Source: Lama guanicoe (Eukaryota). Taken from it: DNA of 64,000 bases. The stretch lies in assembly GCA_013239625.1 (NCBI GenBank), contig MU054391.1:2509130-2573129 (forward strand), read 5' to 3'. How positions within the stretch are numbered: position 1 is the stretch's first letter; each line of letters begins with the position of its first letter. The notes beneath the pieces were generated by a model, which saw only the letters and a program-made list of their open reading frames with translations, searched no databases and was not told the DNA's origin. Position numbers and translations under genes: made by a program. This document shows, piece after piece, positions 50,611 through 64,000 of the stretch.

Positions 50611-52099
50611 AGCCTTCACATCTGCTGCCATCAGGAGGCGTAGCTTTCTACCGTTACTACCTGTTCTAACGTGCCCCTTGCCCTCCACCAACATTTAGGC
50701 TGAGCAGAATTCTACCTGTTACGAGGGAGTGAACTGTCATCGCTGAGCGATCGCCTGTATTGGGTTGGTGCTCTTCTGTGAACTTTTACTGTTACAAAGT
50801 GCCCGCAGTGCAGGAAATCACCCCAGAGATTCCCTGGTTCCCAGATGAAGTCTTCCTTCTCTCCCTTGTGCAGCGGCAAACTATCTCCTCTTGATAACCA
50901 GGATCAATGACTCCAAAGAACTCAGTCATCTCTTTTTAACCTCAAAGTAATGAGACAGCAGTCCCAACTTCAAGTTTAATTATATAGTGTGTCTCCTGGT
51001 GGATGTATTTTTTTTTTTCCTATGAGTGCTAAGCAGAGAACAAAGTCATGGAAGAGGAAGCAATGTTTGCAAGTGGATTCTTGGGTTTAATTGTGAGAGA
51101 AGCTGTCTTCATTCCTCTACCTTAGTTCTGAATCCATATAATTTACCTGAGGAAGAATGAACCTAAGAATAAAGCTTGGTGCACATTACGTACCTTGCAG
51201 GCATCACCCCGACTTTAGAGGTGCTTCTCCCAAACCAGCGTCATCACTGAGTCGTCACTAGTTTGCTATTTACATGTGGGTGGTGGAGGATGTAGTGACC
51301 AGCGAGCCTCATGGACGTCCACCTGCCATCGCAGTGGGCTCAATCACTTGGTCAGACAGTATCAGGTGAGACAACTGTCGGTGAACAAGGCGCTAAGAAA
51401 GCCTACGGGTGCTGCCTGAAGTTCAGCCCTGGAACAAGTTCCCTCCTCGCCTTCCTTCGGGGGATCTACATCCTGTGCGGTTTCACGAGGGTCAGCATGT
51501 TGTACAGAACGACCAATAAACTCGGCTCGGATCTTTTTTCAAAAAACTATTCGTAAAAGTCTTTCCATGATCTTGTTAGTAAGGATCTGGGGAGAGATCT
51601 CAGGGCAGCCGAAGCTGACACAGTAAGTCTAGAAATTGGTGAGAAATTATGACGACTCAAGTCCACTCATCTCTTTTCGTCCAAAAGTGTCTGCACCCAA
51701 ATCAAACAACTGCACTGACCGCTTTAGACCTTCGTGTCACTTTACCGACTTTGTCTGAGGCAGCAGAGTGCTTCCACTTACCCTCTGAGGCTCTGGATGA
51801 ACGTCATCTTTGAGTTTAAGAAAATTGTTCTAATGGCAATATTGCTGTTCCTCACGCACAACCTGGAGGAGATAAACACTACGGTCCTTCCGAGGGTGAT
51901 GACTGCGCGCTTTCTGCCCTGCTTCTCACTGACTGTGGAAGGACAGTTACCTGCATCTTCTCGGGGCCGGCACTTCTGGGGTGATGGGTGAATCTCCCCT
52001 GTTCCCTAAATGCCTTGTGCTGTTGCTCCACAGCAAGATGAGAGTACCTGGCGTTTCAACCTCAAAGACAGTATGTCTCCCTAGAGGCTACATTTCAAC

Positions 52100-52243
52100 C
52101 AGCATGTTTACATAACCAGTAACTCTTGAGCCAGGAGACTCAGGGGAGGCCTGAAGCAAAGCCTTTTACTTCAAGAGACCAGGGACACGGTGATGGGAGA
52201 ACTCATGTCCCGAAGAGGGTCCGGAAGGGTCCTGTCCATTCCA
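52100..52243 (-). mobile_element. ERV1-type LTR fragment related to 28440-28686
   Basis: 'actcaggggaggcc...caagagaccagggacacgg...tgtcccgaagagggtccggaagggtcctg' parallels the 28.6 kb copy. Confidence 0.55.
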
Positions 52244-54957
52244 GAGTCTGTTCCAATTTCCCATTTCCCACTTGTTTTCACTCAGTGCCCTCAGTTGCAT
52301 GCATGTGACATAATAGGCTTGTGAATCGACCTCCGCTGTCCTGCACCAGCCCACCTGCTCACCACGCTGGTGAAGTGGGGGTGTGGGCACGTGACCTCTC
52401 GGCGGCCGCAGACGCTCTGTCTGTGCTATAAATAAAGCCTAAAAAGTGTGAATCAGGTGCTAGTTGAACGCAAGTCTGCTCCTAGGCGCCCTTTGTTTCG
52501 GTGAGACTATTTCATGTATCCATCTAAAAGTGTGTATTGCCACTTATTACACGTAATGAATTATGTGAAATATTCTGTTTCACCAGTATTTGTAGTTTGT
52601 AGACTCTCTTGTTTAGGCAACTGTTGAAAATAACTTGGAATGCAGGAAAAATATTCAGGACAGAAAAAAGATTTTAAGAAAAACAACCCAAATTCAAGCA
52701 GATGAATAAAACATCAAAGTGTTACACTGGATGCAAATCACCAAGCATAGTGGGTGTGGTTTTCCAGTTGATCATACATATCAAGAGGGCTCAGAGGAAG
52801 AGAAGTGGGACATAAACTTAATATTGTTGGATGAAGTTGCTTTGTATTAATGCAGGTTCCCTTATGTCAAAGTCCCTATTAAAGGAATTCATTTTCCATG
52901 ATTTTTTTCCAAAAATCTTCATAGAAGTTTTCGCCTTTTATTGAAATATGAATTGTTTCAATATGTTTATGAAACTTAGATTAAGTTGGATTTAAAATAT
53001 TAGAATGTATAATTTTGCATCTTTGCACAATATTTAAAAATTAAATTTCCTCCCGTCTCCTTCCCCTCCCTCCCTTCCTCGTCCCACACTGGTAAGAGAT
53101 GTTTAATTCCATGTTATGGGAATTATTCTTCCTATGTTCTTGTTTATGTCAATTGTAACATTAGTAAACTCCACCTCAAATAATGTTTAGCATGTTTAAG
53201 ACCTGAAGATAAACAAGAATGCAGCTTTATATTTGGATGGTCTCATTTCAGCAAAATCAAGGAATATTGTTTAGTTGGTGTACACAAGTTGTTCAAAGAC
53301 AAAGAAAGTAAGCAAATCCCTTTGAATGACGGTTCCACATGCTATGTAATTCACACATAATTAATCTCTGAGACCCAACAATCACTTAAAGTGATATTTT
53401 GAAGATTTAAAGGATATATTTAGCTAACAATTCTATTGTAATTTTAAATTTAAGACTTTGTATAATCAAAGTCCTCTATGTTAGAACAGATAAGGGGCTC
53501 AGCATTAAAAAAAATAAAGGTCCCCCCCATCTTTCTTCTTCTATGTTCTTACATGATTAACAAACTAGTATTTCATTTTATCCCATGAAGATCATTTGAT
53601 TTAGGAAATTTATCCTCAATGATGTTTAAAATAGCATTTTAATTTTTCTTAAAGATGTTTTTATCCAATAATGCTTACTGATATTAAGATATAAGCTAAG
53701 TATTCAACAACTGTGTTTTGTTCTTTTATGATAATAATGAAAACATAGAAGAAAATAAGGAATGGCATTGCCGTGTTTGAAACAGTCCTATCTGTATTTG
53801 CCTAAAAATAAAAATATCAAAAGTATGAAATATGCTGTAAGTATCACCCTGAACAATTTCCAGTAAATTTCAGGTGAATACAGTAAATGTTTTCAATAAA
53901 CAGTATAAAGAAAGTGAGCACTTAGATGGTCTGACAGTAAATAGATCAACTTCAGGAAACTGCATGGGACTAATGGGCTATTTTATTTATAAAGCAAAAA
54001 ATAGAAAAATTGTAAAACACAGAGCCAGAAGTGCTAATAAAATAACAGACAGTGTTTCCTAAAGTCTGGGCCAAGTTCCTTCCACGAAGACTTTACGGTA
54101 CAGGTCTTGCATAAAACATGAATACCCAATTCACGTTGTTTTTTAAAAAGTCAGCACATTTGCAAAAAATACTAAAAATAAACTCAAAATGTCCCCTTAC
54201 TCTGAATGAAAAAAAAATACTAGTGTTACAGGCTTTCCTTCCTGATTCACATTATTTACTCTTAAGCAGCACGTGTGACGTTTAAGGTCCGTAATGCCCA
54301 CTTCAAAACTTGCGATTAGTTTTTTCATCAAAATACATTGAGCATACTGAACACTTAAGATTTATTTTAAGCATTTCAAAATGTATTTTATAGAATCCTC
54401 TTGCTCTGAGTTATGTATCATATCCATTTACAGACAAAGAGACACTGGTTTGGGAATATTTTTAAAATTGTGCCAGTTCACGGAGTGAGTAGTCAGGGTG
54501 AAAGTCATGTTTTAGATGTCTTGACCTCAGAATCCGCGTTCTTCAGCCTTATCTTCCTAGCTGTGAACCACTATCAGGTTCCTAACAGGGCCCTATTTAT
54601 GCCGCCTGGAAGGAAGAAGAACAAAGAGAGAAGTGATTTAAGTAAACTGAAACTACAGTAGCAATGTTTGGAGCGTGCTTTGTAAATGGGGAGATTCTGC
54701 TGTTGCACCATTTAGGAGAAACTGCAGTGTTTTGTGGGGCCCCACGTTCATACACTTTCTGCAAGTATACTGTATATCTCGAAGTGAGGACACATCTTCA
54801 ACTGGGGTATTAACTTCCAAAAAGTCTATTTGATTGAGGGAACTTCAAAGATTCATGTAAATCTGGAAGTCTATAATTTAATGTAAAGGATGCTAAAAAC
54901 CATCACTTGCGTTATTGTACAGCATGCTTATATACTATAAATATATATACGTACATC

Positions 54958-55550
54958 TGTAACTGATTTTATTTTCCAAATATGACCAAACAAATCCACA
55001 GTCCCTGCCACAAGCTCTTCTTTCACCGTGACATGTAACACTCCTCGATCAAGAAGCAGGGGCAGGATTTTCTACTTGTGAGTCTGCGTAGACCTTTGTC
55101 ATTACCTTGACCAACAAAACATGGCAGCAGGGATGGAACATGGTTCCCAAGACAAAGGCATCAAAGTGTGACAGACCCTTTCAGTCCCTTTCTCTCCTGG
55201 CTCTCGCACTGCGACAGCCCTGAGCCAAGGTGTAGAAAGCTTACTTATTCTACAGACCCTCCACTCTGGAAAGATCATGTGAAGAACGGTGCCATGTGGA
55301 GACAGGAAGAGATACTGAGGACCTTTACCTGTTCCATCCCCATGAGCCTCCCGGGCCAGGCCGCCCACCAGTGACGTTAATGAAGACGTCTTCCAATGAC
55401 CCAAGCCCCGCTTCCTCTGACTGCAGCCTCACGCGGTGTCGCCCCCGAATCCAAGACTTACAGGGATTTTGAACATCATTAGCTGCTATCTATTGTCTCA
55501 GGTCCCTACGTTTTGCAGTGACTTATATGCAGCAATAGATAACCAGGACA
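54958..55550 (+). mobile_element. MaLR LTR (MLT1F/G-like)
   Basis: Starts TGT and ends 'gcagcaatagataaccaggaca'; internal 'ttgaccaacaaaacatggcag'. Confidence 0.85.
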
Positions 55551-55830
55551 GATTTTGATACCAGATATGGAATGTCATCATAACAGAAATCTAAAAATGG
55601 GCTATTTCTTCAGGACTCAATGGCAGACAGAAGCCGGAAGCGCCTTACAGACACTGTTAGGGCAAGCAACCCTCCAGGATGCTGTTGGTGATGGTTTAAA
55701 AGAAAGTGATAAAACATTCATTGGGGCCTGGAAGGGAGGGGACCCTTGCCCTGGGGCAGTGGGAAGTTTAGGAGCACTATTATCTGCGTTTATTTGGAAA
55801 ACAAAAATTATTCATAGTGCATGCATTTAC
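55551..55830 (+). mobile_element. MLT1 internal sequence 5' end
   Basis: 'gattttgataccaga' directly after the LTR; 'ctggaagggaggggacccttg' is an MLT-int motif. Confidence 0.75.
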
Positions 55831-58174
55831 ATGAGTACATTTGTGAGTCTCTCCTACTAATGACAGCGATGCGCAGCAGACGTCACTGAATTTCACTGCT
55901 GCCTCATATGAAGCAATTACGGAAAATAAATGCCGTTATGTAAACGAGTGCGCGCCGCCAGACGGGGAGGGAACTTGCCACGGTCAGGGCCGCCGAGCCA
56001 GGCCCCGGACACTGATGGCACTGACGCCGACGCCCCTGTCCTGAACACTCTCACAGCAACTCTGTCTACATGCAAAATGTATCTACACGCTAAAAAGTGG
56101 AAAAAGCAAATACCAAGGGTTAAAAGCCTGGATCCCAAGCGGCAGACACAGACGAGCTTCCTGAAGCTCCGTAGGAGACGTCGGTCGTGCTTGCGTTCAT
56201 CAGTCGCACAAGTTCTGCAGGACGGCTCAGGAGATTCCTCCCAGTTTGCCAGGCCCCGAGTCCGAAGCACGTGGCAGCAGGCCAACGACATCTAGACACC
56301 AGCCCAGTGCTCCCAAGCGCCGTGTGGCCTCAGGCAGGAGGGAACTGGTGAAAAGGAAATTGCTCTGAAATGTGTGCATTAGCAGAACCCGCCTTAATGA
56401 AACGTGTTAGTAACGACAGGGATTTCTCCAGGACTCGGCTGCGGCTTTCAAAGGGACGCAACTTCTAAAATTTTGTTACTCATTTCTGTTTATTTCCTCA
56501 GAAGTTTTACCACGAAATGTATTCATGTAGACAAACGAAATGGCCATCCTTTTCCTTGTCTTATTCTTTTGTTTCTCCAACTCTCCACAACCGTGGTCTA
56601 TCAGCAAACCTTCATTTCAGAAAATGCTGGTGAACTGTCAGAATATAACTGTCCTCTCCCAGTTAGAACACCTTAGATCAGGAAATGGCAGTGAGTTTGG
56701 GGAATGAAGTTGCAGGATTAGGAAGCTGTCATTAAAAGAAAAGACGCATATTCATTGGTCTTTCAGTGAATGATGTCGTGGCCTTCGGCTACCCCGGCTA
56801 CCCAGTGTTAGACACATGAAATAAGAAATAATTACTAGCTTTTACCAAAAGAGACCAAGGATTTTTGAGGTCTGGATCACCTGCTCTTTCCTCTCACCCT
56901 GCCAGTATGTTTTCTTTTTCTTACCTTCCAATTTCTCCACTGTTCACAAATCAGAGATGTCAAAATACTGCTATAGTTTATCATCACTGAATCCAAGAAA
57001 AGTAACTGTTTAGCAAGTGCTGAAAACAGCTTTCAAATATCTCTTGGTTTGACAAAACCCTTGAAGCATTTTGCAAAACCTTTGCTCTCTCAACTTAAAA
57101 AAGAAATCTGTATTTTAGGGAAATTTTAATGTTTCTGATTGATTTACATTTAAAAGATTAAATAGCATTTTGCAGGGGCCACCTGATCTGTGGAGCCCTT
57201 TCTTTACTTTCTATGAGCAATTGTTTTCTGTAAGCATTGTTCACCCCCCTGAAGAGAAAGGGAAGACTGCTATGCGTTTTAATCGATACACCAACCCTGA
57301 AAAACGTGAATTAGTTACAAGCTAGGAAGACTCTGCTTTAAACCATAATAGACAGAAACAAGAGGAGGCAAAATATAGAGCATAATCACTTCAGAGCAAT
57401 AAAAATATTTTAATTCCAAGTAGTTTCTACTATTTTAAAGTGCATACTAGCAGGAAGCTGTCTTTACTGGTCACTGTCTATGTTTAGCCATAGCTGCAAC
57501 TGCAAACAATCTGAAATGCTGCCTTTGAATTTTCTCGCGTAGCAGGAAGTACGCTAAGCGTCCACCCCTCCCAGGATGTGCGGGTCTCACCACCAGTGGG
57601 AGAAAACATTCTTTTTGTACCAAATGGGGACGCTTGTACAAATCCGAGTCTCATGCCTCCTCCCAGCCAACCATTCGTTGTTTGAAACTTGAACAAACTT
57701 TTCCAGTATTCTTTCCCAGGATGAGCAGAAAATGTTCCATGTCAGGTAGACGCGTAAGTGGAGGTCTCCGAATCTCAAAAGCGCGCGTCCAGCCAGGCGA
57801 GCGAGAGCGCGCGTTTGACTGTGTCTCAGGCACGTCTGCGCCCCCCGGGAGCCCAGCGGTCTTCAAGCCCGTGAGTGGATTCTGACACCGAATCGGACCC
57901 CAACCAGCTCTGACTTCGTTTTAATAAAATTAAAAGAAATGCACACATTACAGAATCTATTCTGAAATCCAAAGCGTACCATTCGAAATAATAGTGAAGA
58001 AGATTAAATACAAAGAGTAACAGACAGATCCTGCGAATTTGAAGGCAGGAGGTGGAGCCTGCCTGTCACACCCGTGCAGACAAGCGAGTGACTCTGGGAG
58101 GGCGTGACCTGTGTCCCCAGAAGGAGGAGGGCGCACCTGTGCCATGGTGCTGGCCTCCGAACAGTCGCATCCAT

Positions 58175-58275
58175 GTCTAGTTAAGACCTACTGTATCATG
58201 TTTAGTTACTAGCAAGCTTTTACCAGAACCCGGATCTTCCGACTCCAAAGCCAGGGCACTGCCCGCCACTTCGCT
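58175..58275 (-). mobile_element. MIR fragment
   Basis: 'gaacccggatcttccgactccaaagccaggg'. Confidence 0.6.
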
Positions 58276-59014
58276 GCAGCCCTTGACTAGGAGCGCCCTA
58301 ATGCTGAAATCTATTTTAAACTTCATTAAGAGTAAACCTTCAACTAATGTTTGAACAAAGTTTTCCAGACTGTTAGGATGTTTCGCAGACATAAGTAGTG
58401 AGGGAAAGGCTTGAAGAAAAGCTCACTTCAAAAACAATTACTTAAACAAATATTTTCTAAGGGAGCTCTTGGTCACCAAGAAATTTAAAATTTCATGCAA
58501 ATGATCCAGATGGCCTAAAACAATGGCTTTAAATTAAGAAAGCAGTGTTTTTCTCATCAGCAAAATTTTTTAATTGCCATGAGCTCAGCTGACTAACCTG
58601 GATACCACAACCTTCTCCTGTACTATTGAATGTATAACACTATATACATAAAGTTTAATTCTGAAGGGTCTGTATTTAGAACCTCAAAGGTAGAAGAATT
58701 GCATTGAAGAGACTCGTTATGTTATGGGGAGAAAAGGGAAGGTGAACCAGGATTAGAAATGAACTAATTCCCATCAAAACAAAGGAAACAAACACTAAAC
58801 GTTCTTTTCATTTCATAGTTTACTTTACTTAGCTAATTTTATGTTTACAAATGTATGTTTTAGTAACCAAAATAAAACATAAACACGAAATATTAAATAA
58901 ATGTCAATATATACATGATTGCTGGAATATTGGGAATGAAAAAATTGACAACCTTGAATTGATCAACAATATTTCAGCCTGTAGTGTGTTTATGAACAAC
59001 TGTGCTCGTAAATT

Positions 59015-59205
59015 CAGGGACATCATAGCGTCTCTGGTTGAGATCATGGGCCCTGGATTAGACTGTTTGGCTGTGAGTCCCAGACCCACCACTTCCTACC
59101 TCTGTAACCTCGGGCAACTACCTGATTTCTCTGAGCTTGGTTTCGCCATCTGCCAAGCGGGGATTATTGTGAGGATCCAGCGTCATAATCCACATGAAGG
59201 ATCCA
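59015..59205 (+). mobile_element. MIR SINE
   Basis: 'ccaccacttcctacctctgtaacctcgggcaactacctgatttctctgagcttggtttcgccatctg'. Confidence 0.85.
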
Positions 59206-59794
59206 GCTAATGACCCGAGACAAGGTACGTGATCTTGCATTGGATAATGTGACTGTACGTGTATTATTACCACATAATGCGTTTTGTCTCGGAAATCCGG
59301 ATGGCTCGCAGGATAGAGGAGAAAATACAGTGATGCAGTTTGCATATCATCTTGAACCCAACAAATCCCTGAGACCACACTGCTTGTGGAAATGAGACAC
59401 TCCAGAGGCCTCACCTCATTAGCAGTGATGAGAAAGCACAGAAATTTCAGTCCAACCACGACGATCACCACTTTGTAACTAGAAGTGACTCACACTCTGC
59501 AGAGGGATAGACGATGCTAATGGCTTGTGTTGCATTAGCTCCACGAGGGAAGTGAACGTCTGCTGGGCTCACTAAACTCCTCTGTGGACTGGACACTCAA
59601 CAAGTGTTTGTAATTAATGACTGACCCCACGCTTGCATTGAAAACACTCTCAGTGAAAAGGTGTTAGGTTGGGTCGGAATTTACTTGCTTATGACACCAA
59701 TCTGGTACCAGTTATCAGTGTTTTTATTTTGCTTTAGTTTGTGTAGATGCAAATTAAATACCGGGATAAAAAACGGTCGAAGGTGAAAAGATCG

Positions 59795-60400
59795 AAAGGG
59801 GTCGTTTCTCAGAAGTCTGAACCAGTCACCTTATGACCCCGCAGCTCCACTGCTAGGTCGAGAGAAAGGTAAACACAGCTCCACAAAAATCTATACACAA
59901 CTGGTCATAGCATCATTATTCATAAAGCTTGCAAGCAGTAACCGCCCAAGTACCTGTCCGTCGATGGGTGGATAAACACAATGTAGTGTATCTGTATGAT
60001 GAAGTATTACCTGACAGGATGCATAGCTGGCACATTCTGCACATGGGTGCGCTTTGCAAACGCGGCACTGAGTGAAAGAAGCCGGCCGTAAAAACTCACG
60101 GATTACAGCGTCGCTCTAATACGAAATATGGAGACTAGGCAGATCTCTAGGGACACATGACGGTGACTGAGAGCTTCGGTGGAGGAAACGGGACGTGACT
60201 GCCAACAGTTTTAGACTTAGGTTTACCATGATTAGATTTAGGTTCATACTTATGCTTTATACAATTTACTGAAGTACATAAAATATACTTTATACAAGTT
60301 AACTTTATAAATTTTATAAAACCCTATTAAATTGTGTACTTTAAATAGGTGAATTCTATAGTAAGTAAATTATATCTCAACAAAATTGTTTTTAGAAAGG
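59795..60400 (+). mobile_element. L1 3' end (L1MB/MC-like), GC-shifted
   Basis: 'tatgaccccgcagctccactgctagg...catagcatcattattcata...aattatatctcaacaaaattgtt'. Confidence 0.8.
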
Positions 60401-62260
60401 AAGGTTAAAGCATGCTAGAGTAAACCGTCAAAATTTGTGAAATAGAAATGGACAGAATGAAAAAGAGAAATCGGAAAATCCATCATGCCAGAAGCTTTTA
60501 CAGATTTCTCAGTAACTGAAAGAATGGAGTGCAAAAAACTGTATGATACAACACATGTGAAACAACATGATCCATTGCCTTATAACAAGTGTGCATGCGA
60601 ACATATCCAGTGATTGGAGAGGACAGATTCTTCAGAGAACACAAGAAACATTAATGAAAATAGGCTGATTATTAAGGCATAAAGCAACTTGGAAACGTCA
60701 CCATCATTTAGAGTATACTTTCTGACTTCAAACAACTGTTTTTAAAATAAATAAAATAAGGATTCTTCGGTGCACCTCAGGCTGTCATGGAGGGCTTTTT
60801 AAAACCGAAGTTTCTGCACCCTACACCCTAGTTTCTGATTCAGTCAGTGTAAGGTGAGGCCCAGTGCTTGCATTTCCAGCAAGTTCACAAGTGATGCTAT
60901 GTTGCTGGTCAAGGGAGAACGTTTTAAGAATCACAGCTTTAAAACAGACACTCGGAAACTTAACAGCACACTTCTAAATTGCATGCACCACCTGTGAAAT
61001 AACAAGTAAACTAATAAAATACTCATAAACAAATAATAATAGAAGTGTTACCTACCAAAAACAGCTGGGCAGAGGCAGCAGATCGAACTAAAGAGGGTAT
61101 TTAAAGTGCACATGCTTGTACTGGGGAATGAGAAAGGCTGGGAGCTCACAGGCAGTCATTCAGCACAGGAAGCAAGGGGAACAGCATCAGAGTAAACGTG
61201 AGCGTAGGAGTAGGAAGCAATAAGAATAAGAGCCGAGATGCATAAAATAGAAAACAAAGATGCCTTTCAGAAGGGTCACAAAGCCAGGCCTGTTGTTTTG
61301 AAAGTGTAATAAAATTGACAAACCTCTGGCAATGCCAGTCAAGGGGAAAAAAAAAGAGAAAATGTGCAAATAGCCAATATCACAAATGACAATGGGAAAT
61401 TATCAATGTATGTGATAAAGAATAAAAAGATAAGAGAGTGCGATGAACAACATATGCCAATACATTTTAAAACCTGGGCAACATGGACAGTTTTCTTGAA
61501 AAGTGTGAATTTCCAAAACCGAATCAAGAAATAGAAGGCAGTGCATAATAAAGACTCACACTAAACACTCGGAGTGTGAAAGCACTTTCAGAACCTGATG
61601 AGGGATGTATGGGAAAGAAACAACAATATATAAACATGAAGCAAAACCAAAAAGCAAAATCCTAATACAGCCAGAAATAATACAAGGACTCCAAGTTCCA
61701 ACTTTGCTATTAAACAAATATGCGTCTTCTAGGAAGCACAGTGGAAAAGGAAAATAAACATGTGAGAATTGAAAAAGAAAGAAAAAAAATGCTATTACAC
61801 ACAGATACATGATTGTCTATGTAGGAATTACCAAAAGTTCTACAGACAAATCTCAAGAATTAATTTTGAAGTTTTGCTACATTCACAAAATGAATACTTA
61901 AACAGCCCCAAATTAACACTTAAAGGTAATTGGAATATTATATTTGAGGAGCAAATGCATTCAAAGTTTAATATTTGCAATAGAAAAATGTATTTATAAC
62001 TGACGATATATTTTAAAAACACCTGTGTATGTCTACTCTGGATAGGCATGAACCTTATGTTTTAAAAAATTAAGGAGAGCCTGCATAAATTAAAATCTAA
62101 AACATGCTCATGCACGAAGAGAGAAAATGAGGCAGAAACCCCAGCTTTCCCCGTGTTGACCTATGCACTCAATAGCATTCCACAGACTGATTTTGTTTTC
62201 AATAGTATCAGGTAATCTGATTCTAAAACAATGCAACAGAGGTAGAGAATCCAAGACACT
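60400..62260 (+). mobile_element. Old L1 ORF2 remnant (L1ME-like)
   Basis: A-rich; 'taataaaattgacaaacctctggcaa', 'gaacaacatatgccaatacatttt', 'cacagatacatgattgtctatgtagg'. Confidence 0.8.
60765..60940. mobile_element. MER5A inserted in the L1
   Basis: 'agtttctgattcagtcag...gaggccc...ttgcatttccagcaagttcacaagtgatgct...gctggtc'. Confidence 0.85.
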
Positions 62261-62809
62261 AAGATTTCAAACCCTTTAATCTGGATTTCAAGAGTTTGCT
62301 TTTCCTAAGCCCTGCCTACCTTCTCCTTGAAAAGCTCTTCTTGGTGTAGGAGGCGGGGGTGAGAGCTTGAAGTCTGAGTTGATCCCACGTCCTCGGTGTC
62401 CCCAGGACCTTCACAGCATTCATCATGCAATACCTTGCAGAATAGCTGCTTTTGTGCCTTTCTCACCATTCCCAGTTGATTATAAATGCTTCGCAGAAAG
62501 AGCCCACCTGTGATCACCTCTGACTCTTCTCAGAAGCCTTGCGCTCATGCATCCTCTGTTCAGCGCACGCCTACTGCGTGCTCGTTCTTGTTCTGAGCCG
62601 TTTAGACACAGACGTTGGTAAACACACGAGACTACTGCCTCATATACTTATGCTCCAGGGTGCTCCCTAAATAAAATTCAGTGAATGAGGGGTACAGATG
62701 TTTAATCACTAAACAGTGAAGCTCATTTTGTTCTGGAAGACATCACGTTAGCACATTTAATCAAGCATGTGAAAAGGGTATTACCTAGAAAATATTCATA
62801 CACTATATA

Positions 62810-62920
62810 GTTAGAATTGTAGAATCTTAGAGTTTAACTCAGAAATTATTTATCTAACAAAATAACTTCCCTTTTCAGATGAGGAAACAAAGTCTTAAAG
62901 AAGGCAAAAGAATTTGTTCT
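62810..62920 (-). mobile_element. MIR/MIR3 fragment, followed by a short reverse L1 3' tip (about 62922-62982)
   Basis: 'cttttcagatgaggaaac', then 'tttattgaagtagagtcagtttacaatgtgtcaatttctggtgtgcagcac'. Confidence 0.7.
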
Positions 62921-64000
62921 AAATTTTTGTTTATTGAAGTAGAGTCAGTTTACAATGTGTCAATTTCTGGTGTGCAGCACAGTTTTAGAGCATTAGACCC
63001 TGGGCCACATCTATTTTTGGTGTGAGTGAACTGAAGGATTAGGACAGTCAGATAAGCGAATCTTTCACACAAGTGGCTGAAGATTTGGGTCTAATTATCA
63101 GTGTGTGTGGAAAGGTTGACCCTGTCTCCATCTGAGGCTGCACTGTTTGGTCCCCACTGAGAGAACATCGCTGATGCGCTTACAAGGACGGACCACGTGA
63201 ACGGCCTTCCTCTGTGCTAGTGCAGCCGCATCAGAAAAACGAGAATGCTTTAAGCTCCTTGGAGCAAATCAACAAGCAGCAGAAGTGAGGGTTTTCAGCA
63301 AAACGTGTCTCTGAGGAGAAGGCGTGAGAACCAAGGTACCTAAACATGGTCCAATTCAAATGAAATCTGCAACATGTTTTTGGAATCTAAGCAGGCAGTG
63401 GCAGCCTTTGCTGTGTGGGCTGCTCATGAGAGTGGACCCTGAGGCTCTTAGAGAGGCAGGATTGCGACTTCCTGGCCATCGAGATAACTAGGTAATTCAC
63501 CAGAGAGTGAAACCTCTTCTCACTGGTTTATGGAATTTGTCCTAAACTGCATGCATTTATTTTCTTGAAAAACCCTCAAGCATTTGCTCAGGTTCCTAAT
63601 GCAGATGGGAAAAAAAAAATCTTTATTTGGATGAAAAAAAATCATATTTAGTTCTAAATGCTGATTTACCAAGGCATGCCCTTCTAAGCAGAGCCTTCTT
63701 TTCTGAATTGTTGAAATGTATTATATATCCTCCATACAAAATTCTTTGCTTTGAAGTATTATGTGAGAAGAATTCAGTTGTTATTACAGAAGGTTGGATG
63801 TCTACATATGTAAAGAGAATTTCTCGTCATTTCTAAAATCATGTATAATAGTCGTCATGCCTTATCCACATTGTTACTTTTAAAGCCTATCTAAAAATTT
63901 CTCCCAATGAACTCAATCATTTCATGATCCTAATTCATCTCTGAGCATCATATATTAAAACAAGATCCTCATCACCAAATACAACTCGGCTTAATTTCAA

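Larger units (their letters stand above)
49719..51985 (-). mobile_element. Degenerate ERVL-class provirus remnant (LTR end plus internal pol/int-derived sequence)
   Basis: LTR-like end 'tgtattaatcagagtgc...cagaaacacactaggta'; ERVL-internal-like 'ctcttgataaccaggatcaatgactcc' and 'cccaacttcaagtttaa'. Confidence 0.6.

Noticed and set aside
1..64000. ORF-track entries as standalone genes; prokaryotic systems such as operons, CRISPR or defence loci
   Set aside because: The sequence is mammalian. The ORFs are short, overlap on both strands in GC-rich patches or repeats, often start at non-ATG codons, and resemble no protein family I recognise.

Overview
This is eukaryotic (mammalian) genomic DNA, not prokaryotic, and most likely from a camelid. 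It carries a tRNA-Ala-derived vic-1-type SINE and several short artiodactyl-type L1 3' ends with target-site duplications, and I saw no Alu, Bov-A/BovB or PRE-1 elements. Much of the window is interspersed repeat (L1, L2, MIR, MER5, MaLR/ERVL and ERV1-type LTRs), alternating with repeat-poor unique DNA and several CpG-rich patches. I recognise no known protein-coding gene, and the ORF track looks like chance ORFs from GC-rich or repeat DNA. The most interesting signals are: (1) four minus-strand exon candidates (32.4 to 23.8 kb) that splice in frame into a 166+ codon ORF with no homolog I recognise; (2) an intact-looking solo LTR with seven phased inverted CCAAT boxes and a TATA box, firing antisense to that unit; (3) plus-strand exon candidates that look non-coding; (4) ancient repeats that are locally GC/CpG-enriched, suggesting GC-biased gene conversion. 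Repeat family names come from my recollection of consensus sequences, not from a search, and boundaries of old repeats are approximate.
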